Of a stretch of 64,000 nucleotides of DNA, positions 45,444-56,941 are shown piece by piece. The notes under the pieces are model-generated. The model did no database searches. It saw nothing but the letters and a program-made list of their open reading frames with translations, and was not told where the DNA came from. This DNA is from Monocercomonoides exilis PA203 (taxonomy: Eukaryota; Protista; Preaxostyla): the NCBI GenBank assembly GCA_001643675.2, contig LSRY02000016.1, positions 744,001-808,000 of the forward strand, given 5' to 3'. Position numbers and translations under genes: made by a program. Positions within the stretch are counted from its first letter, which is position 1. Each line of letters opens with the position of its first letter.

Positions 45444-48218
45444 TCATCTTTCTCCAAAGCCAGTTAAGCCTAATTCGACTGCTTTCATCAACTTTTCGGC
45501 TAATTCATCTTGCGATGCATACACAGGCAAATCAAGTTGATTGAAACAGGTATGTGCGGATGGTAAATGATCTGGTGATTGCGGTATTTTATTGATGGTA
45601 AATCGTCGAGGCCCGCTACTTCCAACAAGATTTGAAAAACCTAAAAAAAAAATGAACACAAACAAATAGTAAGCAAATTAATAAAGTCGAATAACATTTC
45701 ATCAAAAGCAACTTTCCAACTTGTTCAATTATTTAAAATGCATTTTACAACTTTAATTATCAAAACATTCACTCACTCACTGGCTTTTCTTTTTCTTTCA
45801 TTCCAGACAAAAGGAAAGAAATCAATCGATTTTATTTCTCAAACCTCCTTGGGGAACTTTTGTTGTTCCAGTAACAAATTGGAAAACGCTTGTTCTCTGC
45901 TCGTTGTCCATTGCCTCCAGTATGCGCCAGAACCACACAATCATCGGTGTCTGCTCCGTGTAGTTCACATACATCGTATTTTTCTTCCAGTCATTAACAT
46001 CAATCTCCACGCTACCACACAACAGCTTTTCCATTTCTTCCATCGAGAAGTCCTTCACAAGCGCCTGTGGAATGATTTCATTGAAGCCAAAGCGCAGCAT
46101 CTCCAGCTGTGGTGCCACTCGTCCTTCCACAAGATGCAGCGCTTTCAGTTGCACAAAAGCATTCTTGTTCTCTTCAGTCACATCGATTGAAGAACCATCT
46201 TTAACCAGATCCACCTCTTTGATTTCGCCAAATGTCATTGACGTCTCGCTGAATGTGAGACACAGGTCTTCGATGCTTGTTCCATCAGTTTCCAATATCC
46301 CATTCAGCGACTGGTACTGTTCAGGATCAACAAGCTGCAGATCTTCATAGCAAGGAGGCTTTCCTTGCAGAGCTTTGTACACAATCGGAGAAAAATATGC
46401 ACTCATCAGAAATCGATCGAACAGAGCTTTTCCCATAACACGCCCCACAAATCTGAAGTATTCCAGATGTAATGGATTGACACCAGACGCAGGATTGATC
46501 TCAAACACTCCTGGATTTCCTTCCATTGGACGGAATAGCCCATATTCTGGCTTCACAAGCTCCACAGAAATGAGCTGGAACCATTCTCTGGTCAGTCCAC
46601 CATAATCCAACCCAGATTCTCCGTAATAAGTCACATTCAACCTCAGCTTCAGTCGATTCTTGTCTGCTCGCATAACATCTCTAAAGGAGTCCTGCAGCAA
46701 CCTGTCGCGCCTCAGGGTAATTTTCAGCCGGGGCTTATCGCGCCACACTTCCGGCTCCGGCTGGTGCATACCTGCCAATTGCTTCCACAGCGTCGTTGTT
46801 CGGAGTGTAAACTCTGTGCGCTTTCTCCGCTGCTTCCACTGAGCAAATAGCTTTTGGTGTATACCGCAGCCCATTGTAGCCACTGAAGCGTAACTCATCC
46901 CAGAACCAGAACCTCGCGTGAAGTGCATGGCCGCAGCAGACGCTTCATATGACATAAGACAGCAGCGTATGCATTGATGCCTCTCGCATCCAGGTGCAGC
47001 ATTATTAGTGCAGCGAAGGTTTCTGCATAGAGACGAAGACAGACGATTAAGAACGTCTGGCAAAGTCGGGAGGCAAGATGGAATGGATGCTACATACTCT
47101 TTCATCAGAAACTCGGCAATTCGAGAAGGCGTTTGTGTATTTGAAGAAAGAGATGAAGTGTTATTGCATTTGACATGTTGTGATGAAGAAGAGGCTTCTG
47201 ATTGTGAAGGAAAAATGAAATGATCGGGCGAAATGAATACAGGTGAAAGTGTTGAATGATCATCAGCTAATTCGAATGGTCTTTCCACAGTTACAATATC
47301 CACAGAATCCAACAATGATGGCTCTCCAACAAACGAAAACATCTTTCTTTGTTCAATCCTCAACTCTCGAAGGTACAGAAAATATCTTGGATCAATCCAT
47401 GATGTGCGCTTTTCGAATGTGTCAACATAAAAGAGTGCATTCTTCTCGACATTTTTGCAGATTTTAAATCTCGAAGGAAGTGGATGATCTCTGCGATATT
47501 TAATGAAATTTTGAAAATGTTCCAAAAACAATGCAGGCTCTCCATCATACAACCTCTGAAGTGCTGGACACAAACGATAGTTTTCATGTATTGAGAATTT
47601 TTTGAGTTGAAGATCAGAAAAGCTGGCTGGAAGATCATAGAGAGAGTTATGATCACAAAAAAAAGAGTGAAGAGTTTTCAATTTTCCAATATTTTCTGGT
47701 AGAATCTCCAATTGATTGAAGCTGACATCAAGGTATTCCAGATTAGGTAAATTGCACAGCTCAGAATTCAAAGAATGCAATTTATTATGCGCCAAACACA
47801 AACTGCATTTAATCACAAAAAATTCCAAACATCATAAAATATAAAGCAATAATAAAAAAATATACAGAAGAAGGCACATAAAATACCATTTTAAGTTGCG
47901 AAAATTTCCAATCTCAGACGGTAAAGATGAAACAAGATTATGAGTCAGTATGAGAGAAGTAAGGTAAGAAAGATTTTCAAGTCCCGGCGGAATTGATGTT
48001 ATAATATTTCCAGAAAAGTCTAACGTCATTATATTGAAGCTTGGAATGTAATCAGCTGGAATCTGCTTCAATCCTGATTTCACCCACACAACTGCCTCTG
48101 ATGATGTATACAAGTTCTCATTTGAAGCAGATTGCTCTGCTCCCTATGTTTTATGGAATTATTAAAATAAAAACAATCAAAACTTTTTCTTTATGAAGAA
48201 ACAATAATCTCAAACCAT
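45444..48218 (-). CDS. Nedd4-like HECT E3 ubiquitin ligase with N-terminal LRRs, a WW domain and a Cys/His zinc finger
   Basis: Exons 48218-48216 (ATG only), 48143-47887, 47802-45845 and 45640-45444. Product starts MGAEQS, then LRRs (LDFSGNII, LILTHNLV, LDVSFNQL), WW (FYVDTFEKRTSWIDPR) and HECT (GESGLDYGGLTREWF, FVTGT, AHTCFNQLDLP with catalytic Cys). Confidence 0.95.
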
Positions 48219-48327
48219 TTCGGTTTCAAAAAATTATGTTGGGCTCCAAAAATCAAAATTTTCAATTCTTCGTTCAAAAAACAGTCCAGTTATCCACAAA
48301 TATTTTTATTTCGCACCATGCAAATTG

Positions 48328-48391
<64 letters not shown>
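48328..48391. repeat. poly(A)64 tract between the ZNHIT2-like stop and the HECT start
   Basis: Uninterrupted A run. Confidence 0.95.
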
Positions 48392-48396
<5 letters not shown>

Positions 48397-48443
48397 TTTT
48401 ACAATGATTATTATTGTACAAAAAATGAAAATAAAACGAAATA

Positions 48444-50262
48444 TCAAATTGATAAATCTATCATATCAGATGAAATTACTGAATGAAGAGCAGATTGCAT
48501 ATTGTGAAAAGTAGTTGATCCTTCGTCTCCTTTTAAATCAGGCTTTGCTTTGAAAAGAGTATCCTTTGCCCAAAAACAAAAGAAATAGATCTTTCTTTCT
48601 GCAAACTGGAGCTGAGAAAGAGATAATTTTCCATAAGAAGAAAAAATATATTTGGAACTTTTCTCCTTTTTTGAGCGTGATGATATTGAAATCTGAAGTT
48701 GAAGACTTTTACAAAATAGAGAATGAAGCAAAAGAAGAGACAAAAGAACATTAGATGGCGACTCTGCCAACAGAAGCAAATCATCGAGACACTTTTTCAC
48801 GAATTGAGGAGAAGAAAGCGACGGAAGTGGAAAATCTTTTGCACTTTCGTTTGTTTTGCGCTCATCTTCAGTGAATTTCTCAAATGAATTCATTGAAGTT
48901 GACTCGCCATGTGAAGAACTTAAAGATGGACGAAGAATTCTTTCAATTGATGTTGATAAGGCATCCAGTACAGTTGACGGAAATGGAAGCTCTGTTGACT
49001 CAGCTGATGAGACAACAATTGGAGTATCTTTGCTCTTACTGATTAAAGAAGAAGACGACTGATGAGAATGACTTTGAGAAGATTTAGCTTTTTTTGGCTT
49101 ATGAAGCACTGAAGATAGAGAAACAGCAATACAGCATGATTCCAACTCCATGGCTGTCTGCTCGTCATCGCATTGTTTTTCAGCCGTTTCTTCTTTCTTT
49201 TCAGCTTGTTCGTGAATTTCCCCCTTTCCGTCAGCATCTTCATCTTCGGAATATATTTCTTCTGATTTTTCCAATTTAAACAGCTCCCCGTTCCATAAGC
49301 GAGAAATGTAGCAGAAAAGAAACAGAATTTCAGTGCAATGAACATACAGTTTCGAATGATAAGATGGAATTGCTTGTGCAGGGAATCCTGTTGAATGATA
49401 TTTAAGTAACGGAGTGGTGAGAGAAGGAGCACATCGAAAGGCCGGATGAATAAATTGATAAAATAAACAGTCTGGTGATTCAGCCTTTCTCTGGCGCAGT
49501 TCTTCTATCCATGCAAGTTTCTATATTTATGGAAATGAATTCCATTTTTTTTTAAAATCAAAATGATATAAATAAACATATAGAATGATAAAGGGGTTTT
49601 AAAAAATAGAATAGATATAACTTTAAAAATTATTTTCAAAAAAATCTTTAAAAAAATTTCGCAAACGTGGTCCCACCATGGGTTATATGGAGGAATAAGT
49701 TTATCCAATTTTCCCGATATAAGATCGTTTTCAAATTGTGCTCTCTGTATAATACATAAACATGAATAAAACATAATGTTTACGATTTGAACCAAACAAT
49801 TTGCGCATCATTCATCAGTTCATCAACAGTTTTTCCAGAAAATAAGTCTGAATCTTCGTCAAATTGCTTTTCACCTTGATCCTCAAAAGAACGAAGTAAC
49901 CTTAAAAATTATATATAGGATTGAGAGACATAGTAATTATACATACTCTACAGTTTTACTTTTCACTTCTTCATCTGCAACTTGTGAATGAAGTTGATCT
50001 TCAATTTGCGTCCGATAAAAATTTTCGCAACAATAATTACTGTGATTCTATAAAATAAAAAGCAGTTATATCGATGAGATATGACGAAATATCTTTAGCA
50101 AAACTTTGTAGCAATTCACCGAACAATATTGCAAATGACATCTTGGACAAGTATATTTAGCTTCTTGCTGATGACATCTAAGCGGACATTTTTTAGAAAA
50201 AATCTTTTTTATTTTTAACTCGTAATAAACCCTGAAACATACACTCTACATTGAGAAATCAT
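48444..50262 (-). CDS. ZNHIT2: HIT-type zinc finger protein, ZNHIT2-like (multi-exon)
   Basis: Spliced N-terminus MISQCRVCHQQEAKYTCPRCHLQYCSVNCYKNHSNYCCENFYRTQIEDQL, internal PYNPWW and C-terminal AERKIYFFCFW. Internal exon boundaries are only partly resolved. Confidence 0.85.
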
Positions 50263-50413
50263 CAATTTTAAATCGGTGCATTAACCATTAAATAATATTT
50301 AGTGATTATTGATCTTGATGATCAATATTTTTTGGATTCTTGCTCTTTATTTCATTCACTTTCACTCAAATACCTTTTTAATACATTTTATTTTCTAAAT
50401 TGAATTTTTGTCA
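50263..50413. promoter_or_regulatory. Putative bidirectional promoter (151 bp between divergent ATGs)
   Basis: Head-to-head starts at 50262 (-) and 50414 (+). The T-rich spacer contains TTCATTCACTTTCACT (Inr-like). Confidence 0.5.
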
Positions 50414-53400
50414 ATGGCTTCACGTGGATATCGGCGTTATTTTGTGTTAATTTCTGCTTATATAGCTCTTGGATTTTTGTTGCTTTTAAGAGTGTATTTC
50501 ACAAGTAAAAATGCAGTCATACCACCTCACATTATTGTATTTGGAGGTGCTCCTTTTAATTTTTTGAATATCGATGACAATTTCTAAATTCCATTTTTAC
50601 AACAGGAGCTGCAATGGACATATTCGGGCGCTCTCCTACAGAATATAAAAGCGGTGGATTTTCGAGTGGAACAGTAGAGGCTCATGTAGGTTTGCTGCAA
50701 TGCAATTTGATACAATAAAAACTCGATAATTTAATGATCTATTGAATATTTTGCAATTATTCTTTCAAGGTGGTGTTGGACGAAACATCGCTGAAATGGT
50801 TATGCTATTAGCTAAAGAAATGCTTCCCCCATCAAAAATGCCAAAAATTTCGCTCGTTACACCATTGGCCGATGATTATACCGGAGCTGCAATTATGAAG
50901 CATAATAAGAAATTAGGTTTGTAATCTGTACTTTTTTACCGAATTTTTAATGCAGCTTGTTGTTATGTTTGCTCTATGACATAAAAAAGGCATTGATATG
51001 TCGCACATCATGTCAGTTCCAGGATATCCTACGCCAACTTGCATGGTGTTTTCAGATTCGGCTGGTGAGATATCGCAGGGCGTATGCGATTTTCGAATCC
51101 TGCGCGAAGGCTTGAAGCCATCTCACTTCAAAACAGCATTTCTTCAAAATGACACACATCAAAATTCAAATCCATCAACACTTCAGAAAGTGAAAAAGCA
51201 TATTGCTGACAGTAATGTTACAGCATTTTTGCATCGCTCTGGAACGCCTCCATATGTTCCTGAATCTGTTGCTGCCTCTCTCTCACCTCCCATGCTTTCT
51301 CTGCTCCTTTCTGCGTCGCTTATTGTTCTCGACAACAATCTGTCCCCCGAAACCACAGTATTTATTGCTCAAGTGTGCTTTTAATTCCATTATCTTCCAT
51401 TTGCGATTTCATACATATACTGCAATACGTTATCAATTAACGCTCTTTATTTATTTGGTTTTTCAATTGATCATATTCTCTTATGCCACGTTTCCACAAA
51501 AGACTGCAAAGGCTTTGAAGATCCCGCTTTTCATGGTTCCTTCGACTTATGAAGGATTTGAGAAGACCCGAGAAGCAGTTCATTATGCTACCGTTGTTCA
51601 TCTTAACCGATTTGAGCTTAATGTGTTTACTCATCCAAATGTGTGGTTGATGATTTCTTTTTTCCAAATTCATCGTTGATTGCGCTGTTGAGAAAAAGAA
51701 GAAAAGGAAAGAAACTTTTGCGAAAAGATTTTTGAATAATTTACTATGTTCTTTTATTTTTTATTCGATTTATTAAAAGTTATGCCTTTTTTTTGCCAAA
51801 ATAATTATTTTTATTGTTTGAAATCAACTTTTTTATGTTGTGGTACTTTTTTAGGATCCAATTCCACCTCCTTCTTATTACAGCAATCGCGGCCTGAATA
51901 GAACTGAGGTGTATCTTAACAGCATTGTGCTGCTTGACCAAGGAGTTGAGCTAGTTGTCACAACAGCAGACAAAAATGGAATATGCTATTGCACAAAGGA
52001 AAGAGTGTGCTTCTTTTTTTATTTGTAAAAAATGATGAAGTGGTGCATTTACTGTTTAAATGAACATATTTTCATTTATCTTTAAAAACGATAAATATCT
52101 GAAATAAATTACTTTTATCAATAATAATAATAACCAAAAAACATTAGCACTCCACGCCTCATCCAATTGGCATTGCAGCTCCTGCAACACATACTGCCAC
52201 ACTGCCACACCAAGAACGAGTTGCAAATGTGCATGCCACAGCGACAATTGGCCATGCAGCAAGTGGCGAAGGCGCAACCAAACATTCAGAAGAAGACATT
52301 TCAAGTGTGAATCTCATTGAAAACAGAGGAGAGGAGATTGTGGAGCGAATTGCCATCATTGACGAGGTGAAAAGAGACAGCCCGATTGGAAGCGTGGTTG
52401 ATGCACTTGCACCACAGGAGGTGACAATAACACAGTCATCAACATCATCTTACTCCCCAGCAACTGGAAAATCTTCCACAACAACACAAGTATCAGCTGC
52501 AACAACAGCAGATTCACAATCTGCTTCCACTTCTTCTGAGCAGAAACCTGAAGAGGCAACGAGTCTTTCTCCTGCTTCTCTTCCATCTGGATATATTTTC
52601 ATGTGCGAGCCAGCGATTCCTGCGCGTGTGAAGAGTGTTGTGGGCGCAGGCGATACGGCAGCCTCGACACTGATTGTGCAGCTGCTCAAAGAAGGATTTG
52701 TGACGAAGAGGAATGTTAGGCAGTTGAGCGCTGCAGATTCAGCACAGAAACAGAGGAAAGACAAGAAGGCGCTTTCTCCATGGAGCAAAGATGGAGTGAA
52801 TAGTGTTGGACGCAGAAGCAATAGAAATAAGAAGATTGTAGATGAGATGGAGTCGAAAGAAGCTTTTATTTCATCATCCTCATCGACTTCTTCTTTACCA
52901 CCTCCTCAGAAGAAGATCATTGAGGCCGATGCAAACACCCACTATTCAGAAAGTTCAGACAATGAAAGCGACACTTCATTTGATGAAAAGACGGAAGATA
53001 ACGAAGGCCACATCCAATCTGAGCAGCGGAAGGATGCTTCCAAGAAGAAGAAGAGAAGCCACGCACATCCTGTGCAGCACAAGGCAGACGGCTCGACTTC
53101 GAGTGTCCATCCTATTCAGCGTGTGATGAATGCCATCTCACCATCTACACAGTCGTCACGCAGGCAGCGTTCGCTGCACGGGAAGAAAGAGATGCAGCGG
53201 AGGGAGAAAAGCCGAAAGGCAGTGAAAGACGGAATATCGAGTGCTGTGAAAGGAGTGAAAGACTGGATAGAGAAAGGGAACGGTGAAAGCAGCTTGCTCG
53301 ATGGCGAGAAAAAGGAAGGAGCAAACGCTGAAGGCAGACCGTTGAATTTGAACGAGATGGACATGATGGAATTAGCAGCACAAAGGAATCTGAAGTTTAA

Positions 53401-54526
53401 GACGGAGGAAGAGAAAAATGAAGAAAGCAAAGACAAAATTGATATGGACGCAAGTGCAAATGCAAATGATGACGAGAAAGAGGCAGAACACAAGAAAAGA
53501 GAAGAAGAAATCCAGGCAGAGAAAGGTGGCGAGAAAGGAAAGGAAGATGAGGAAGATGAGGAAGATGAGGAGGAAGAAATGAACGAAGATTCAATTGAAA
53601 AAAGCAACAATCAGAACGAACAGGAACAACAAAATGACAATTCTGATGAATCAAACGAAGGCAAAGGAATGCAAACGAGTTCAGACAGCGATGCACAAGA
53701 AGAAGAATGTGATTTGACATTGAATAAATCCGAAAAAGATGCTATTTCAACGGAAGGAGAAGGACAAAAAGCTTCTTCTGAAAACGAGGACTCTTCAAAG
53801 AATGTCGAACCTACAACTGAAGAAGCACAACAGAATCTGCAAGAGGATTCAGACAAAACGCAAACAGAACGAGAAGAAGCAGAGAAGCAAGAGCAAGAGC
53901 AAGAGCAAGAACGTGAAGCTGAAAGTGACGCAGGGTCAGCTTCGAGTGACGTTCAGCCACCAGAAGAAGTTTTGGCAGACATGTCACTTTTGTCTCCAGC
54001 ATTCCATTCGCTTTCGCCGATTGAGCGGCGTAGGAGTCTGCAGCGTATGTTGCAGTGGGAGCTGGCTGCAGCGAAGCTGACGGTGGAAGGGCGCAATCCG
54101 GAAGAAGGCACGTGGCTGAAGAAGGAGATGCTGGAGAGAGAGTGGGAGAGCGCGTTTGGAAGCGAAGTGCATGAGAAAAAGGAGAATGAAGAGAGTAAAG
54201 AGAGTAAAGAGGGAAATGAGAACAAAGACAACAAAGAGAACGAAGAAACAGCTGAGAAAAGCGAGAAAGATGAAGAGACGGAAGGAAAGGATGATACAAA
54301 GGAGACAAAAGAAGAACGAGAAGAGCCAAAGAATGAAGATTCAACCGAAACAGAACAAAAAAGTGATGAAACAGACAGAGATTTGACTGTTGATAGCACT
54401 TCCTCAAAAAACACGTCAGATGAGATGGAACAAAAAGAAAATTCAGACGTTGCCCAAAATGAACAGAAAGAGGTGGAAGAAAACTCTGAACAAAAAGAAA
54501 CAGAAGTTGGAAAGACAGAGCTTTAA
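50414..54526 (+). CDS. PfkB/ribokinase-family (pseudouridine-kinase-like) protein with an N-terminal membrane anchor and long acidic insertions and tail
   Basis: Spliced: MASRGYRRYFVLISAYIALGFLLLLRVYF...IIVFG-GAAMD...HV-GGVGRNIAE...LADDYTG...LIVLDNNL...HLNRFEL...VVTTADKNGI...VKSVVGAGDTAAS. About six introns; TAA at 54524-54526. Confidence 0.85.
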
Positions 54527-55180
54527 AAAGGCACTTTAAACATTTTATAATATTTTTTTTTATTCACTGTATAATAATATTATTATTTTAAACTTGTTCA
54601 AGCAGTCAGTTGTAATGTTTATTACTTTCGTTTTTATGATGTCATTCGTTGGAAATGTGGATGTTTTTTATCTTTTTTATTCAAAATGGAAGAATTTTTT
54701 TACCCCCAAAATTCTCCATTTGTTTTTCAAACCTTACACTGTGAACTTTTTTTTTCTTTATGCTTGTTGTGATGTCTATACTGACCTCGACATCTCTATC
54801 ATTGCTTACACTCTTATTATTCAATTAATTTCTTTCTTTCTCTTTTTTTTCACATTTTAATAACAATAACAATTTATTAATTTATTTAATAAATGAATTT
54901 TTATTACTGTTAATCGATAATAAATGATAAACTGTGTAGTGTATCTTTTTCGAATGGATCGAAAACGAATAAAAACAGCACTCAGAACTACAAAAAAAAT
55001 CAATTCAATAAACTACAACATTAAGAAAACCGCTGCCATTCGAAATACAGGTGTTTCTCTTCTCATGTACTCTTCTTTCCTTCCTTCTTTCCATCCTTCT
55101 CCCTCTTCCACCTTCACAAAACAGAAACAGATAAAACTATGAAAGAATAGAATGACCAAATTACCAGAGCTTTGAAGAAG

Positions 55181-56790
55181 TTATGCAAATGGATTAAATC
55201 CTCCCGCACCACTTGGCTTTCCCAGATCTTTGAAAGGATCAACTGCCTGAGTGGTTGGAGCAGCGCCGTGGGCATACGGCGAAGGTGCAGCAGCTCCAGT
55301 CGATGAAGGTGCTCCCCACGGGTTAGCTGCTCCGCCAGCGCCAGCGCCAGCTCCTCCAGCACTCGCAGGATTGCCCCAAGGGTTAGCAGGGCCAGGCCCT
55401 CCTGCAGGTTGGGCAGCTCCCCACGGATTTGGTGCAGGAGCAGGATAACCTGCAGGTCCTGGAGTGGGCCCTCCCCATGGATTCGATGCTGCAGCGGGAG
55501 GAGCACCCCACGGGTTTGCGGCAGCTCCTGGGGCCTGTGCTTGTGGACCCCAAGGATTGCCTGGCTGAGGAGCCTGCGATGCAGCTGGTCCTCCCCACGG
55601 GTTGCTTGGTCCAGTTGGAGCTGGTGCCCCCCACGGATTGGCTGCACCTGCAGCAGGACCAGGAGCGCCCCACGGGTTTGCAGCGGGTGCAGGAGCAGGA
55701 GGAGCACCCCAAGGAGCAGCTTGGGCAGGTGGATAAGACGAAGGTGCACCCCATCCTCCTGGTCCTCCCATACCACCATATGGATTTTGTGGGTTTGAAG
55801 GGTACGGAGCGGGTGCCCCAAATCCTGGTTGCCCCATTGGTGCAGTAGATGCCCCAGGACCGCTGAAGAGTTTTAGGATGTCAGAACTATCAGTTTCTGT
55901 TTTTGTGGTTTCTTCAATCAGAGGAGGTGCCGAGGGTTGTGAATGATGTGTTGGTTGCGTAGGAGCTGAAGAAGATGGTGTTGAAGTTCCAAAAAATCCT
56001 TCATTGAATGCAGTCGGAGCTGAATTTTGCACTTGAGTTGTTTGTGTTGTGCTTGGAACAGACCCTGTAGCTTGTGCACCAAAGTTAAAAAAACTTGGGG
56101 CATCGTTAGATGCTGAAGGAGCCTGAGCAGTTGAAGCAGCTTTTTGAGTTGGTGGAGGAATTGATGGCGATTTTGGTGCTTTAATATCTGGAGTGCGAGA
56201 TGGTTTTGGTCCAGGTGAAGTTGTTGCTCTTGGTACTGGTGTTGGATCCTTTCTACCACTTCCTGACGGTTTTTGAGCGTCTAGCGGACGAAACCATCTT
56301 TTTTCGTTATATTTCAATTTCATGAACCTTTCAACTTTCGGGCGATCTTGTCCATCTGGTTTTTCAAAGGCAGATGGAGTCCATGTCGCCAGCCAGACCT
56401 TTGCTGCACCCTAAAGAATATTTCAACAAGTATTGAACTCTACCATCTTTAATCAAATATGTTATACCTCGTTTCCAATAGATCTAATTTTTTCAACTTC
56501 TTCATCAGTAAAGTCTCCCATTCCAATTCCTTTCACCTTTCGGTTTTGCGATCTATGTGTTCCAGCGCAATTTTGGCAAACAAAAGTTCCCAACTCCAAA
56601 CATATGTACATTGGCCTCTGCAATGATGCAATCATATTGAAGATAATAAAGAAAAATGAATTAAATGATTTTTAAGAACGAATGAAAAGACCTTCTCTGT
56701 GCAATCGAAGCACGTTCTATTTGCTTCAAGCTTCATAAGTTCTCTAACCGCCTTTTCATTTAATTCAGCTTGCTTTGCTTTTAGACTCAT
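55181..56790 (-). CDS. ArfGAP, AGFG (Hrb/RIP)-like, with a Pro/Gly/Ala-rich tail carrying nine NPW motifs plus DPF and terminal NPF
   Basis: Spliced: MSLKAKQAELNEKAVRELMKLEANRTCFDCTEK-RPMYICLELGTFVCQNCAGTHR...IGNE-GAAKVWLA...FMKLKYNEKRWF. The CxxC-x16-CxxC-x4-R ArfGAP zinc finger is present; two introns. Confidence 0.93.
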
Positions 56791-56941
56791 TGCAATCCCA
56801 CAGCAAACCAAAGTGATATGAAATTGTGAAAAATATAATTAGATCAATATGATCAAGAAAATATTTTAATAAATTTGAGAAATTATTGCTTTTATGTTTT
56901 CGTTTTATTTTTTTAAATTGAGCGTTTGAGCTAAAGATAAA

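Noticed and set aside
55114-55848. Alternative-frame ORFs over the ArfGAP tail
   Set aside because: They are by-products of the GC-rich repetitive NPW region.
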